Source of the DNA: Aurantiphycus algarum
GTDB taxonomy: Bacteria > Bacteroidota > Bacteroidia > Cytophagales > Cyclobacteriaceae
Direction of reading: 5' to 3'
Assembly (NCBI GenBank): GCA_947492865.1
Contig: CANLOR010001096.1
Location: 1 to 61,563, forward strand
DNA length: 61,563 nucleotides
The position numbers and the translations under genes were made by a program. A model generated the notes under the pieces. It worked only from the letters and a program-made list of their open reading frames with translations. It did no database searches and was not told the DNA's origin. Of this stretch, positions 25,701-34,263 are shown piece after piece (the stretch's first letter is position 1; every line of letters begins with the position of its first letter).

Positions 25701-28618
25701 TGACTTCTATCCAGTTGGATAGCCACAATATCTCCTGCTTGAACATAAAGTTCTCTTTTAAGGTATTCTGCACATTGGTTTGCCTGCTCGTTCAGCATTT
25801 GATAGGATAGGGAAGTATCCTTGAAGGTGAGTGCCCTCCTGTAGGGATACCTCTCTACCTGCTCTTCAAAGAGACTTACAATAGTACCGGTGGTGGATAT
25901 GGAAAGCGTGTCCTGTGTATTGAAACTGTTCTTTAAAACCGTCAATCTTTCCAAGCTGTCCATAGTAGCTTGATAATCCACTCCAAAGTCTGTCAGACAG
26001 GCAATCTCATCAACTCCAATTTCAGAAGCTGCTTTCAGCTGACGCCGACAGGTTGCCTCGGTACCTATCAAAGCGGTGTTTTCCACATGCCATTCGAAGG
26101 AATGCTCCAACATATCGCTGAGATCTTCTTTACTGTAGTCTTGTAAAGAAATGTCCGCATTCGTACTTTGCCCCAACTTATCGGAAAGCTGGAGTGATTG
26201 TAAGAGATACTTCATGAGGGGTTCTTTGGTGACGCTATACGCCTGCTCTTCGTCTTTGCCCAGATAAGTATGCATCATCAGTGCCACTTTTGCCTTTCCG
26301 ACGGGATGACCGTTCTCTGCATATGCCTCTCGGTAAGCATCTATCTTCGGTCTCAAGGATTCCGGTGTGGTGTTCAATAGGCCCGTTAAGATATTCATTC
26401 CCAGATGACCTGCCTTTTTGAAATTATCGATATTACCACTTATGGTCATCCATATGGGCAGTGTTTTACGGTATGGTTTTGGAAAAATCTCGCAGGCTTG
26501 TATTACTCCATTGCCATCTTTAAAGGATACTGTATCGCCTCTCCATAATTTTTCTATATACTGGATGTTTTGATACATGATATCATGACGCCCATCGAAG
26601 CTATCGGGAGAAAGGACAAAATCATTGGCATTCCATCCAGGTGCACAGGCAATACCCACCCTGCCCTGAGACAAATGGTCCACCACTGCCCACTCTTCGG
26701 CCACTCGTAGTGGGTGATGCAGTGGAAGGACCACACTTCCTGCCCGAATACCAATAGTCTCGGTAATGGCCGCTATCGCGGCACCGAGTACCGAAGGGTT
26801 AGGGTAAGGGCCTCCAAACGGGTGAAAATGGCGCTCGGGGGTCCATATGGCCGAATACCCGTGCCTATCAGCGTACCTTGCCCCTTCCATCAAAAACCGA
26901 TAGCCATCGCTTTCCATACCTTCACTTCCAAAATACAGGAGACTAAAGTCCATTTTAGCCGCTCTTGAACCACTAGGTGGAGGTATATGATGGCTGGCTC
27001 TAGGGGACAAAGGTCTTGTATGCTCCAGTGCACCGAATTCCAATAGTTGCTTTTTCTCTGTTTCTGTCAAGAAGTTCAGTGAGCTGATAGGCTGATGAGG
27101 TTTTTTCAGTACCTGTTCCATCATTTGGATCAGGTGTTCGAAGAATCTACTAACGGTACTTTGGTCATAGATGTCACAGTTGTATTCCAATCCGGTCTTC
27201 AGACCTTCAGCTGTTTCGGATAGGTTTATGATAAGGTCAAAAGCACAATAGGGAACCCCCGCCCCCTCATAGCCCCGTACTTCCAATCCATCCAGTGCTT
27301 CCCGCACTAGATCCGGTTCGAAATCGGTCTCTTGGGACTTTTGCAAAATCAAGAATACATCGAACAAAACACTTCTCTCCAAGTTACGGGCAGGATTCAG
27401 TTTGTTTATCAGCATATCAAAAGGATACTGTCGGTGTTCGTAAGCCTCCAATGTACTACTTTTCGCCAGTTCCAGTAGTTCCGTAAAAGAAAAAGATCCG
27501 TCGAATCGTGTCCTCAAGGCCAGTGTGGCCGCATAGAAACCTATCTGATCTTTTAGATCGGGATGATCTCTATCCGCTATAGGAAAGCCGATAACCGTAT
27601 CTTCTTGTTGCGTATAGCGGTAAAACACCGTATTGAGCACCGCTATAAGTCCCATAAAAAGGGTTCCTCCCCGCTCACGACAGAAAAGCTTAAACCGCTG
27701 GAGTAATTCTTTGTCAATATACCGATGTATGGCTTCTGCATTATAGGTTTTTATGGCCGGTCTCTTTTTCTTTGTAGGCAGTTCCAATACGGGTATTTCA
27801 CCCTCAAATTTCTTTAGCCAATACGCCTCGTCTTCTTTGAGCTGTCTGCCTTTCAGCTGGGCAAGCTTCCATAGCGTATAGTCCTTGTAATGTATCCTCA
27901 ATGGCTTCAAGGGCTTTGTGTTTCCTTGGGTAGCTGCCTTGTAAAATAGTAGCAATTCATCTTTTAGAATGTTCATCGACCAGCTATCTCCAGTGATGTG
28001 ATGGAGCACATTGACCAGCACCCATTTGTGATCTGTCATCCAATAGAGTGAGGCGCGCAAAACCGGCCCCGTGGACAAATCAAAGGGCTTCCCGACCTCT
28101 TCTCGCAACAGACTGTCCAGTTCTTCTTTTTCCTTATTTTCCGAACGAAGGTCCACTTGGGATAATCGGAAGCCTGCCTGCTTCCCGGAAAGTATGAACT
28201 GTCTTACCTCTTCACCTTGTCCCATACGATATACCGTACGTAAGCTCTCATGACGCTCGATGAGCCCTTCAAAGGCAAAAATCAATGCATCGATATCCAG
28301 ATTTCCTTCGAATATGGCAACTTGGTTCATGTTATAGGCCACACTGCTTTTTTCGCTTTGGCTTATGATCCAAGACCTTCGCTGTGATGGTGATAGTGGA
28401 TAACCGAACTCACTGACGGGTGCGGGAAGTATACACGGACCATCCACATGTTGCTTTTGCTGCAAATAGCTAACAATAGCTTGTTTATGCTGTGCTATCT
28501 CCTCCAGAACCATCTCCGATATTTCATTGTCCGGGTAATTTACCTCTAGGTCCGTTCCGGAGAGTGCGATGTTAATATCACTACCGGCAAGACGTTCGAT
28601 CAAGCTCTCTGTATTCAT
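22775..28618 (-). CDS. NRPS: docking domain-C-LLM(monooxygenase)-A-T-C
   Basis: Track ORF of 1947 aa whose start overlaps the PKS stop by 4 nt. The first C domain has 'LHHITGDSWS' (about 27.99 kb). A luciferase-like domain follows ('MDFSLLYFG...GYSAIWTPERHF...RVAEEWAVVDHLSQGRVGIA'). The A3 motif 'YVLYTSGSTGVPKGV' is at about 25.47 kb and the T motif 'FFELGGHSLIATRL' at about 24.33 kb. The terminal C domain has 'MHHIISDAWS' (about 23.75 kb). The protein ends in an acidic tail '...DMFDEGEVFNF'. Confidence 0.95.
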   Translation of the reverse strand: MNTESLIERLAGSDINIALSGTDLEVNYPDNEISEMVLEEIAQHKQAIVSYLQQKQHVDGPCILPAPVSEFGYPLSPSQRRSWIISQSEKSSVAYNMNQVAIFEGNLDIDALIFAFEGLIERHESLRTVYRMGQGEEVRQFILSGKQAGFRLSQVDLRSENKEKEELDSLLREEVGKPFDLSTGPVLRASLYWMTDHKWVLVNVLHHITGDSWSMNILKDELLLFYKAATQGNTKPLKPLRIHYKDYTLWKLAQLKGRQLKEDEAYWLKKFEGEIPVLELPTKKKRPAIKTYNAEAIHRYIDKELLQRFKLFCRERGGTLFMGLIAVLNTVFYRYTQQEDTVIGFPIADRDHPDLKDQIGFYAATLALRTRFDGSFSFTELLELAKSSTLEAYEHRQYPFDMLINKLNPARNLERSVLFDVFLILQKSQETDFEPDLVREALDGLEVRGYEGAGVPYCAFDLIINLSETAEGLKTGLEYNCDIYDQSTVSRFFEHLIQMMEQVLKKPHQPISSLNFLTETEKKQLLEFGALEHTRPLSPRASHHIPPPSGSRAAKMDFSLLYFGSEGMESDGYRFLMEGARYADRHGYSAIWTPERHFHPFGGPYPNPSVLGAAIAAITETIGIRAGSVVLPLHHPLRVAEEWAVVDHLSQGRVGIACAPGWNANDFVLSPDSFDGRHDIMYQNIQYIEKLWRGDTVSFKDGNGVIQACEIFPKPYRKTLPIWMTISGNIDNFKKAGHLGMNILTGLLNTTPESLRPKIDAYREAYAENGHPVGKAKVALMMHTYLGKDEEQAYSVTKEPLMKYLLQSLQLSDKLGQSTNADISLQDYSKEDLSDMLEHSFEWHVENTALIGTEATCRRQLKAASEIGVDEIACLTDFGVDYQATMDSLERLTVLKNSFNTQDTLSISTTGTIVSLFEEQVERYPYRRALTFKDTSLSYQMLNEQANQCAEYLKRELYVQAGDIVAIQLDRSHWTVVTILGILKTGAAYLPLENDWPQDRIDRLLSESGCCSVIDTKALQKLVDTASKYTKDNPDLVSRPFDLAYVLYTSGSTGVPKGVMVEHKNVVAFFKNMESNFHLLPSMTFGAITNYSFDVSVMELLGTLANGMHTLIMDEDPRTMLAHIDKGEIDALQLTPSRLSQLLELKDGEITCLRQLKVLLVGGEVLSPYQYGRLKELGDTKVFNVYGPTETTLWSTSLDIGREDSLSIGRPLKGEHVLILDKTGNLCPLNVKGEIYIGGDGVARGYLNQGSMSEERFLSHPIYSTEKVYRTGDMGRWLPNGTIEFLGRQDGQVKLRGYRIELGEIEQVLLEIPEISQAVCIKSERNGDGQLIGYVVKIGVLDRARTEMYLASKLPRYMIPRIWVELEAMPLLSSGKADRKALLERSVPVQPLTLFSAPGNQLEEQLCPIWEELLEVRPVGIDDNFFELGGHSLIATRLVGKIKKQLHYSIEISSVLQYPTVASLAGFLLSQQQKNYAPIAPLEERAYYELSPAQRRMWLLSQREGGGTDYAISGGYILNGYLEVGSFIKAFDGIVKRHEILRTTFPTLDGLPVQKIDTAEECGFAVTYHDFRGKEDAGEEVHALIKKEVNTDFDLEKGPLFRVLLVQLREDKYRLALSMHHIISDAWSLKLIVSEIGDSYNADIKNEEYRPAPLTLQYKEYAEWQNQWMNSDKMAQHKAFWMEYLKAPRQWVSLPFGSKGDNSTEGADVLDFSIPKEQADRLDKIGSEKNSTMFVLLLSCLKTLVYRYTGDTDIIIGSLISGRDHPDILHQIGCYVNVLAIRTLLAEEDTLGSLLSKVRNNVYAAWDHQEYPFDELVRILGAENNPHQRPLFNILFSYEKNDGMENTLSGVSISPDIAGKVPSDFDVDIMIFENPRGGLTGTLTYPVGRFHRAEMVLFVGHFQKVISMMSTDMNQSLIDLELSTDRMDHKPAVSETDMFDEGEVFNF
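25931..26953 (-). other. Luciferase-like (flavin-dependent) monooxygenase domain embedded in the C-A linker
   Basis: It covers about aa 556-896 of the 1947-aa protein. It begins right after the normal C-A linker ('LTETEKKQLLEFG') and ends just before the pre-A1 region ('IVSLFEEQVERYPYRRAL'). The sequence pattern is typical of the natural-product LLM domain family (MupA / MtaG-MOx-like). Confidence 0.8.
28454..28609 (-). other. TubC-type N-terminal docking domain
   Basis: Residues 4-55, 'ESLIERLAGSDINIALSGTDLEVNYPDNEISEMVLEEIAQHKQAIVSYLQQ', follow the L..L...G..L...G..L.v..P......l...l..HK..i...L pattern of TubC-like docking domains. The domain sits at the N-terminus of the protein that must receive the chain from the PKS. 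Confidence 0.55.
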
Positions 28619-31600
28619 ATTTTGACCGTTTTCCTTTCGATGAGATTCTTTTTTACCTTGGAGATCTTGATCTGGTCCACCAAGGTCGCTAATTTTCGAA
28701 TGGTTGATTTTTCAAAAAAGTCCTTAAGTTTCAGTTCGACCTCTGTATCGTTTCTGATGGTGTTGACCAATATCATTCCATTGAGTGAGTCCCCTCCTAT
28801 CTCTAAGAATTCATCATCAATGCCAATATTTTCATTGCCAAAAAAGGTTTGGTATATACGTCTTAGTGTCTCCTCGGTTGGGGTACCCTGGTACTTTCCA
28901 AAATCACTATCATGCTGTACTTGGCCAGTGCTGTCCGCTGGTGTATTCCGCTTATTTTCAGTCTCCTTATTCGGTGCATTTTTTTCAAAATCCGTGAAGG
29001 GATCGACCTGGACGGGATACGGAGTCTGTGCAAATGCATAGGTAGGTAGAGGGACCTTAGTTCTTTTTTCTTGTTGATAATAGCGGTTCCAATCGACTTC
29101 TATTCCTTCGGACCAGATATTTCCCAGACAGTTGGCAAAGAACTCCCCATCGTTGATGGTCTCCCTTTTTCCTTTTACGGGATTTAGGGGCGATTGCGAA
29201 TGGGCCATTTGTTCATTCGCAAGAGAGGTCAGTGTATTGCCCGCACCTATTTCTATAAACAGGGCATTTTCATGCTCCTGTACGCTAGTCGCTATGCTCC
29301 TAGAAAACTGCACCGTTTCCCTCATCTGTCGGACCCAGTACAGAACGGAAGTTGCCTCCTCATCGCGAATGAACTCACCTGTTACACTGGATATAAAGGG
29401 AATATTGGGCTTATGGAGTTCGACTCTCTCTACTGTTTCATGGTACTTTTCTTTGATAGGATCTTGTATGCCCGAGTGGAATGCATGAGAGGACCTTAGT
29501 GTCAGGTGCATAACCTCTGTATCGTCCAAGGCCGCTCTCAATGCTGAAATAGCAGACGGTGTTCCCGAGAAGACAAGTTGTGATGGGCTGTTTATTGCTG
29601 CCAGATACACACCTTCGTTCAGGTATGGAGCAGCAGCTTCCTCAGTTAGGGAGGCACTGACCATACTACCGCGCTCCAAGCCATCCATCAGCTCTCCCCG
29701 TTTGACCATGAGCCACAGTGCATCTTCTAAAGCGAACACTCCGCTCAAGCATGCTGCCACATACTCTCCGAGGCTATGTCCGATCATAAGATCAGGCTCG
29801 ATACCATAGGACATCATCAATTTGGCCAAGGCATATTCCATCATGAAAATGATAGGTTGAGTATATAAGGTTCTGTTGATATCATTATCAATCCCATCTT
29901 CCGTGAAGAGTACTTTTTTGAAGTCCTTCCCCGTGAACTTTTCGATAGTAGCAAAGCCCTCATCCATCTCTTGTCGGAATACCCACTCGCTTCCATATAG
30001 TTTTCGGGACATATTGAGGTATTGTGTGCCTTGCCCTGGAAACATGAAGACCACGGGCCTTTTATCCTTTCTCTGTGTTTTCTGTTGCTCCTTTGAGTTA
30101 GCGACCTCTAGAAAACGTATGAGATCCTCCTTGTTCGTACATACTCTATGTTGTCTATATTCGAAGTGCTCCCGACCTGTCAGTAAAGTATAGCACATAT
30201 CCGCAAGGTTTACTTCATGCTCTTCTTTGATGAACTGAGCCAATCTACACTTGTAATCGACCAGTGATTTCTCCGATTTGGCTGAGATGGTCAATAAGTG
30301 AAACTCCTTTCCCAAGCTACTCTCCATAGGCTTCGGTGCCTCTTCTAAAATAGCATGGGCATTGGTCCCGCCCACTCCAAACGAACTGACCGCCGCACGA
30401 AGTGGGGCATGATCGTCACTCTCCCAGTGGGTCAGTGCTGTATTGACATAAAAAGGGCCGGCCTCAAAGTCTATCTCAGGGTTGGGCCTATCATAATTTA
30501 TGCTGGGGGGTATTTTCCTATACTTTAGGCACAGTGCGGTTTTTATCAATCCTGCTATGCCAGCTGCCGAATCGGAATGGCCTATGTTCGATTTTACAGA
30601 GCCGATAGCACAGCTATGATGGATAGTATTGCCAAAAGCCATGTTCAAGGCTCCTACTTCAATAGGATCTCCCAAACGGGTACCCGTACCGTGCGCTTCT
30701 ACATAACCGATACTTTCCGGCTTTACCCCAGCTATATTTTGGGCTTTCTTGATGCAGGCTACCTGTCCATCCATGGAAGGGGCAGCATAGCCTACTTTTG
30801 CATTGCCATCGTTATTGGTTGCGCTACCTTTGATTACCGCATAGAGATGGTCGCCATCATCGATAGCCTCTCGGAGTCTTTTCAGAACGACAGCGCCCAC
30901 TCCCTCGCTGCCTACCGAACCACTTGCCTGCGTGTCAAAGGCCCGACAGTGTCCATCCGATGATTTTATAGAACCTTCTTCGTAGAAGTACCCTTCTTTT
31001 TGTCGGGTGTTGACAGATACGCCTCCCGCGATGGCTATTTTCGCTTCTCCCATAAGTAGTCCCTTACAAGCGAGGTCTACCGCTGATAGGGCACTGGAGC
31101 ATGCTGTATTTATGAAAAATGAGGGTCCTTGTAAATTCAATTTATGAGAAACCAGCGTGGTGAGGTGGTCCTTTTCGCTCAAAAAACCCAATGCGATATC
31201 ATGTTGCCTCCGTTTTTGATTTCCGAGCATTACATGGGCCTTCCAGTTGGAGTCATCCCCTGCGCCTGCATATAAACTGATTTTCCCATTCACAGCCGAA
31301 GGTACGTAACCCGCATCTTCCAGTGCTTCCCAAACACACTCATGGAACTGACGGTGGATAGGGTTCAACACTTCTGCCTCATACTGGCCATAGCCAAAAA
31401 AAGAAGCATCGAAGGTGTCTTTGCCCTTCATTGTGGCCCTGACCTTGACAAAGTCTTTGCGATTTATGCTTTCTTCGTCCCATCCTTGTGCCTTCAGTTC
31501 ATCATCGGAAATCCTGTGGAGGGCTTCTTTTCCTTGAATCAGGTTATCCCAGTATTCTCTCCAGTTGGCAGCATCGGGAAAACGGCATGCCATTCCCACA

Positions 31601-31647
31601 ATGGCAATTTCCAATCCGGTATAGTCAGGGTATGCTTCAGTTTTCAT
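28615..31647 (-). CDS. Type I PKS module KS-AT-CP with no reductive domains; malonyl-type AT
   Basis: Track ORF of 1010 aa. The KS has active-site Cys 'TACSSAL' (Cys codon about 31099-31101) plus 'EAHGTGT' and 'KSNIGHS'. The AT has 'FPGQGTQY', 'GHSLGEY' (Ser about 29773-29775) and 'HAFHS' (about 29476-29487, a malonyl-type motif). The carrier protein has 'EIGGDSL' (Ser about 28786-28788). No KR, DH or ER sequence is present. The gene overlaps the upstream gene by 11 nt and the downstream gene by 4 nt. Confidence 0.95.
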   Translation of the reverse strand: MKTEAYPDYTGLEIAIVGMACRFPDAANWREYWDNLIQGKEALHRISDDELKAQGWDEESINRKDFVKVRATMKGKDTFDASFFGYGQYEAEVLNPIHRQFHECVWEALEDAGYVPSAVNGKISLYAGAGDDSNWKAHVMLGNQKRRQHDIALGFLSEKDHLTTLVSHKLNLQGPSFFINTACSSALSAVDLACKGLLMGEAKIAIAGGVSVNTRQKEGYFYEEGSIKSSDGHCRAFDTQASGSVGSEGVGAVVLKRLREAIDDGDHLYAVIKGSATNNDGNAKVGYAAPSMDGQVACIKKAQNIAGVKPESIGYVEAHGTGTRLGDPIEVGALNMAFGNTIHHSCAIGSVKSNIGHSDSAAGIAGLIKTALCLKYRKIPPSINYDRPNPEIDFEAGPFYVNTALTHWESDDHAPLRAAVSSFGVGGTNAHAILEEAPKPMESSLGKEFHLLTISAKSEKSLVDYKCRLAQFIKEEHEVNLADMCYTLLTGREHFEYRQHRVCTNKEDLIRFLEVANSKEQQKTQRKDKRPVVFMFPGQGTQYLNMSRKLYGSEWVFRQEMDEGFATIEKFTGKDFKKVLFTEDGIDNDINRTLYTQPIIFMMEYALAKLMMSYGIEPDLMIGHSLGEYVAACLSGVFALEDALWLMVKRGELMDGLERGSMVSASLTEEAAAPYLNEGVYLAAINSPSQLVFSGTPSAISALRAALDDTEVMHLTLRSSHAFHSGIQDPIKEKYHETVERVELHKPNIPFISSVTGEFIRDEEATSVLYWVRQMRETVQFSRSIATSVQEHENALFIEIGAGNTLTSLANEQMAHSQSPLNPVKGKRETINDGEFFANCLGNIWSEGIEVDWNRYYQQEKRTKVPLPTYAFAQTPYPVQVDPFTDFEKNAPNKETENKRNTPADSTGQVQHDSDFGKYQGTPTEETLRRIYQTFFGNENIGIDDEFLEIGGDSLNGMILVNTIRNDTEVELKLKDFFEKSTIRKLATLVDQIKISKVKKNLIERKTVKI

Positions 31648-34258
31648 GGCTATTTTCGTTGATCAGTTTAATGGTATTTTTCATCAGGGCCGTCGAAGCC
31701 TCGATATCCCCTGTTGATTCTTGAAGGTTTTTCTTTGTTATTTTCAGAATATAATCCGATAGTGCAGAAACATTGGAGTACTTGAATGCCGACAGAATGG
31801 GCAGTTTCAATCCCAGCTCTTCGTTTATCCGGTTGATCAGGATAGCTATTCTGATAGAGTTTCCCCCAGAACTGAAAAAGCTATCTTTTACACCTACTTG
31901 CTCGGTAACCAGTATCTGCTGCCAAATCTTGAGCAGCCTTTGTTCCATCTGTTTTGTGGACGGGGTACCCTTGTACACACCTTTGGCTTGTGGTCTTTTT
32001 TGAACGGATAAGGCTTTTTCGTCTATTTTACCGTTTTGGTTTAAGGGCATTCGCTGTCGCTGCTCGATAAATACGGGTATCATATAGGTTGGCAGGCACT
32101 CCATCAGGTGACTATGAACATACTCGGTTTCCAGAGTTTCCTTACTGACAAAAAATGCGGCTATAGCCTTTTCCTGTTCCTTGTTTACTGTTAAGGTGGC
32201 AATTGCTTCATCGATTTCAGGAAGTAGGAGCATAGTATTTTCTATTTCTCCCAGTTCTATTCGGTAGCCTCTGACCTTCACTTGTCTATCTCGGCGGCCC
32301 AGAAACTCCAGCATTCCTTTTTCGGTCAGCCTAGCGGTATCTCCCGTTCTGTACAATCGGTCGTTTTCCGATAAGGGGTTATCGATGAATTGTTTCGATG
32401 TCAGTCCCGGTCGGTTCAGATAGCCTTGGCTAACACCACCTCCTGAAATGTAGATTTCTCCTACACTCCCTTCTTCCACGGGTTTGAGTGCTTTATCCAT
32501 GATAAAAATAGAGGTATTGGGCATAGGACGACCGACGATATTACCTTTTGCCGGACATTGCCCTAAATCCCTACTTTGATAGGTGATAGCAGTACAGAAC
32601 ACAGTAGCTTCGGTAGGTCCGTAGGTGACCGTAATAGTGGCCTTAGGAAACGCAATGGCCATAGAGCGAAGTAGTTTATCCGATATAGTATCTCCTCCTA
32701 TAAAAAGTGATTGTATATGTTTGTAATCTTTCTCGCTGCCATGGTTTATGATCTCATCGACAACCTGCCTGTAGAGTGAAGGTACAGCATCCATGATGTT
32801 GACCTGTTTCAGTTGGTTCACTAGGTTCCCTATATCCATGATATCGGTACTGGAAAACAAATCGACAGTACCCTTGGTCGTAAGGGGCAGTAATAACTGA
32901 AACATAAAGATATCAAAAGCATTGGAAGCTATCAGCGGCATTATGGGTGTCCGTACCCAAGGAAATGCGGTGTGCAGACTATCTACAAATGAGCTGAGGT
33001 TTGCCTCACTGACCTGGACACCTTTTGGTTTTCCGGTTGAACCTGAGGTGTAGATGATATAGGCGATATTCTGCGGAATAGAACGGTATTCGAATCTTGG
33101 ATTGCCCATCGTGATGATGGTCTTCCAGACTTCGTCGATATTGATACATTTTGAGGTCTTGGGCCGAAAAATGGTATGACCTTCCTTGAGTATATACAAG
33201 GGCCGAGCATCTTTCTCTATAAAGGGAAGTCTCGAATCTGCATGAAGGATATCGACGGGCAGGTATACCACATTGGCTTTCATCAAAGCCAGTAGGCAAA
33301 AAATCATACGTTCCGTTCTTTCCATACAGAGTATCACCCGATCGCCTGCCAAAAGCTGCAAATCGGCTCGAAAATAATTGGCCAATTTATTGGAGACGGT
33401 TTCCAGATCATCATATGTAAATGAGCTGCCCGACGTTTTCAGTGCTATCTTGGATGGAGACTCCTTTGCCGTTGCACTTATGATTTCCAGAAAATGCCGG
33501 TTGCCACATTCCCTATCGGGCAGGTTTATTTTTTTGGTCATATCGGACAAGTATAGACCGATATCCTCTATTCTAACATGAGGCCAGTGCAGACATAGCC
33601 TTGCAATAGCGTTAAAATTATCAACAAGGTCCATTAGAAAATCCCTATCTCCCTTCCCCTTCAACTGTAGCGATAGCTTTGATCTGTGAATATGGTAGCT
33701 ACAACAAATGCTATAGGAATCGATGATTTCAGTGTCAAACTTATGCAGCGCTTCGGAGTAGAGGATAATTTCAGGATTACGGACAGGCTGTCTACCCAAC
33801 GACTGATAAACCGTTTCCAATAAGTGGTCTTGGTACTTCCTACATTTTTCGGTCTGTTTTTGAGTGGCGGCAAGTACTGTCCTGAACGTTTGCCCCGACT
33901 TCATTTTACCTGTTAAGGGGAGCAGTGCATTTCCGGGTACCGTCTTCTCTTTTTCACAAAAAGGAGGACAGTATAAGGTTATATCAGCGATACCCAAACA
34001 CTCTGAAAAGGTAATTTTCAGTATCGTCTGAAATAGTATAAATAGGGCAAAATCACTCTTTTTACATACCGAGAACATCTTTTTGGATGTTTCCAAAGGC
34101 AAGTCCACCGTTATACTCTCCATGTTGCCCACGTTGCGCAAACCAAGACGTTCTTCATGGTTACCTTCGGCCAGCACTATAGTCCAAAATCGATCCGCCT
34201 CTTTATAGCTCGGCTGCCTCAACAGGTACTGATCATCCATTTTATTTTCCTCCGGCAT
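31637..34258 (-). CDS. Single-module NRPS: halfC-A-T
   Basis: Track ORF of 873 aa. The N-terminal 245 aa or so are homologous to the N-terminus of the 6360-aa protein ('DRFWTIVL', 'ALFILFQTILKITFSECLG') and have no HHxxxDG. The A3 motif 'YIIYTSGSTGKPKGV' is at about 33.04 kb and the T motif 'FFSSGGNSIRIAIL' at about 31.86 kb. Confidence 0.93.
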   Translation of the reverse strand: MPEENKMDDQYLLRQPSYKEADRFWTIVLAEGNHEERLGLRNVGNMESITVDLPLETSKKMFSVCKKSDFALFILFQTILKITFSECLGIADITLYCPPFCEKEKTVPGNALLPLTGKMKSGQTFRTVLAATQKQTEKCRKYQDHLLETVYQSLGRQPVRNPEIILYSEALHKFDTEIIDSYSICCSYHIHRSKLSLQLKGKGDRDFLMDLVDNFNAIARLCLHWPHVRIEDIGLYLSDMTKKINLPDRECGNRHFLEIISATAKESPSKIALKTSGSSFTYDDLETVSNKLANYFRADLQLLAGDRVILCMERTERMIFCLLALMKANVVYLPVDILHADSRLPFIEKDARPLYILKEGHTIFRPKTSKCINIDEVWKTIITMGNPRFEYRSIPQNIAYIIYTSGSTGKPKGVQVSEANLSSFVDSLHTAFPWVRTPIMPLIASNAFDIFMFQLLLPLTTKGTVDLFSSTDIMDIGNLVNQLKQVNIMDAVPSLYRQVVDEIINHGSEKDYKHIQSLFIGGDTISDKLLRSMAIAFPKATITVTYGPTEATVFCTAITYQSRDLGQCPAKGNIVGRPMPNTSIFIMDKALKPVEEGSVGEIYISGGGVSQGYLNRPGLTSKQFIDNPLSENDRLYRTGDTARLTEKGMLEFLGRRDRQVKVRGYRIELGEIENTMLLLPEIDEAIATLTVNKEQEKAIAAFFVSKETLETEYVHSHLMECLPTYMIPVFIEQRQRMPLNQNGKIDEKALSVQKRPQAKGVYKGTPSTKQMEQRLLKIWQQILVTEQVGVKDSFFSSGGNSIRIAILINRINEELGLKLPILSAFKYSNVSALSDYILKITKKNLQESTGDIEASTALMKNTIKLINENSHEN
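33524..34216 (-). other. N-terminal half condensation domain (C-terminal lobe only) of the 873-aa NRPS
   Basis: It has the same layout as 21983-22645 and visible sequence similarity to it. The catalytic His motif is absent. Confidence 0.7.
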
Positions 34259-34263
34259 AAGGG

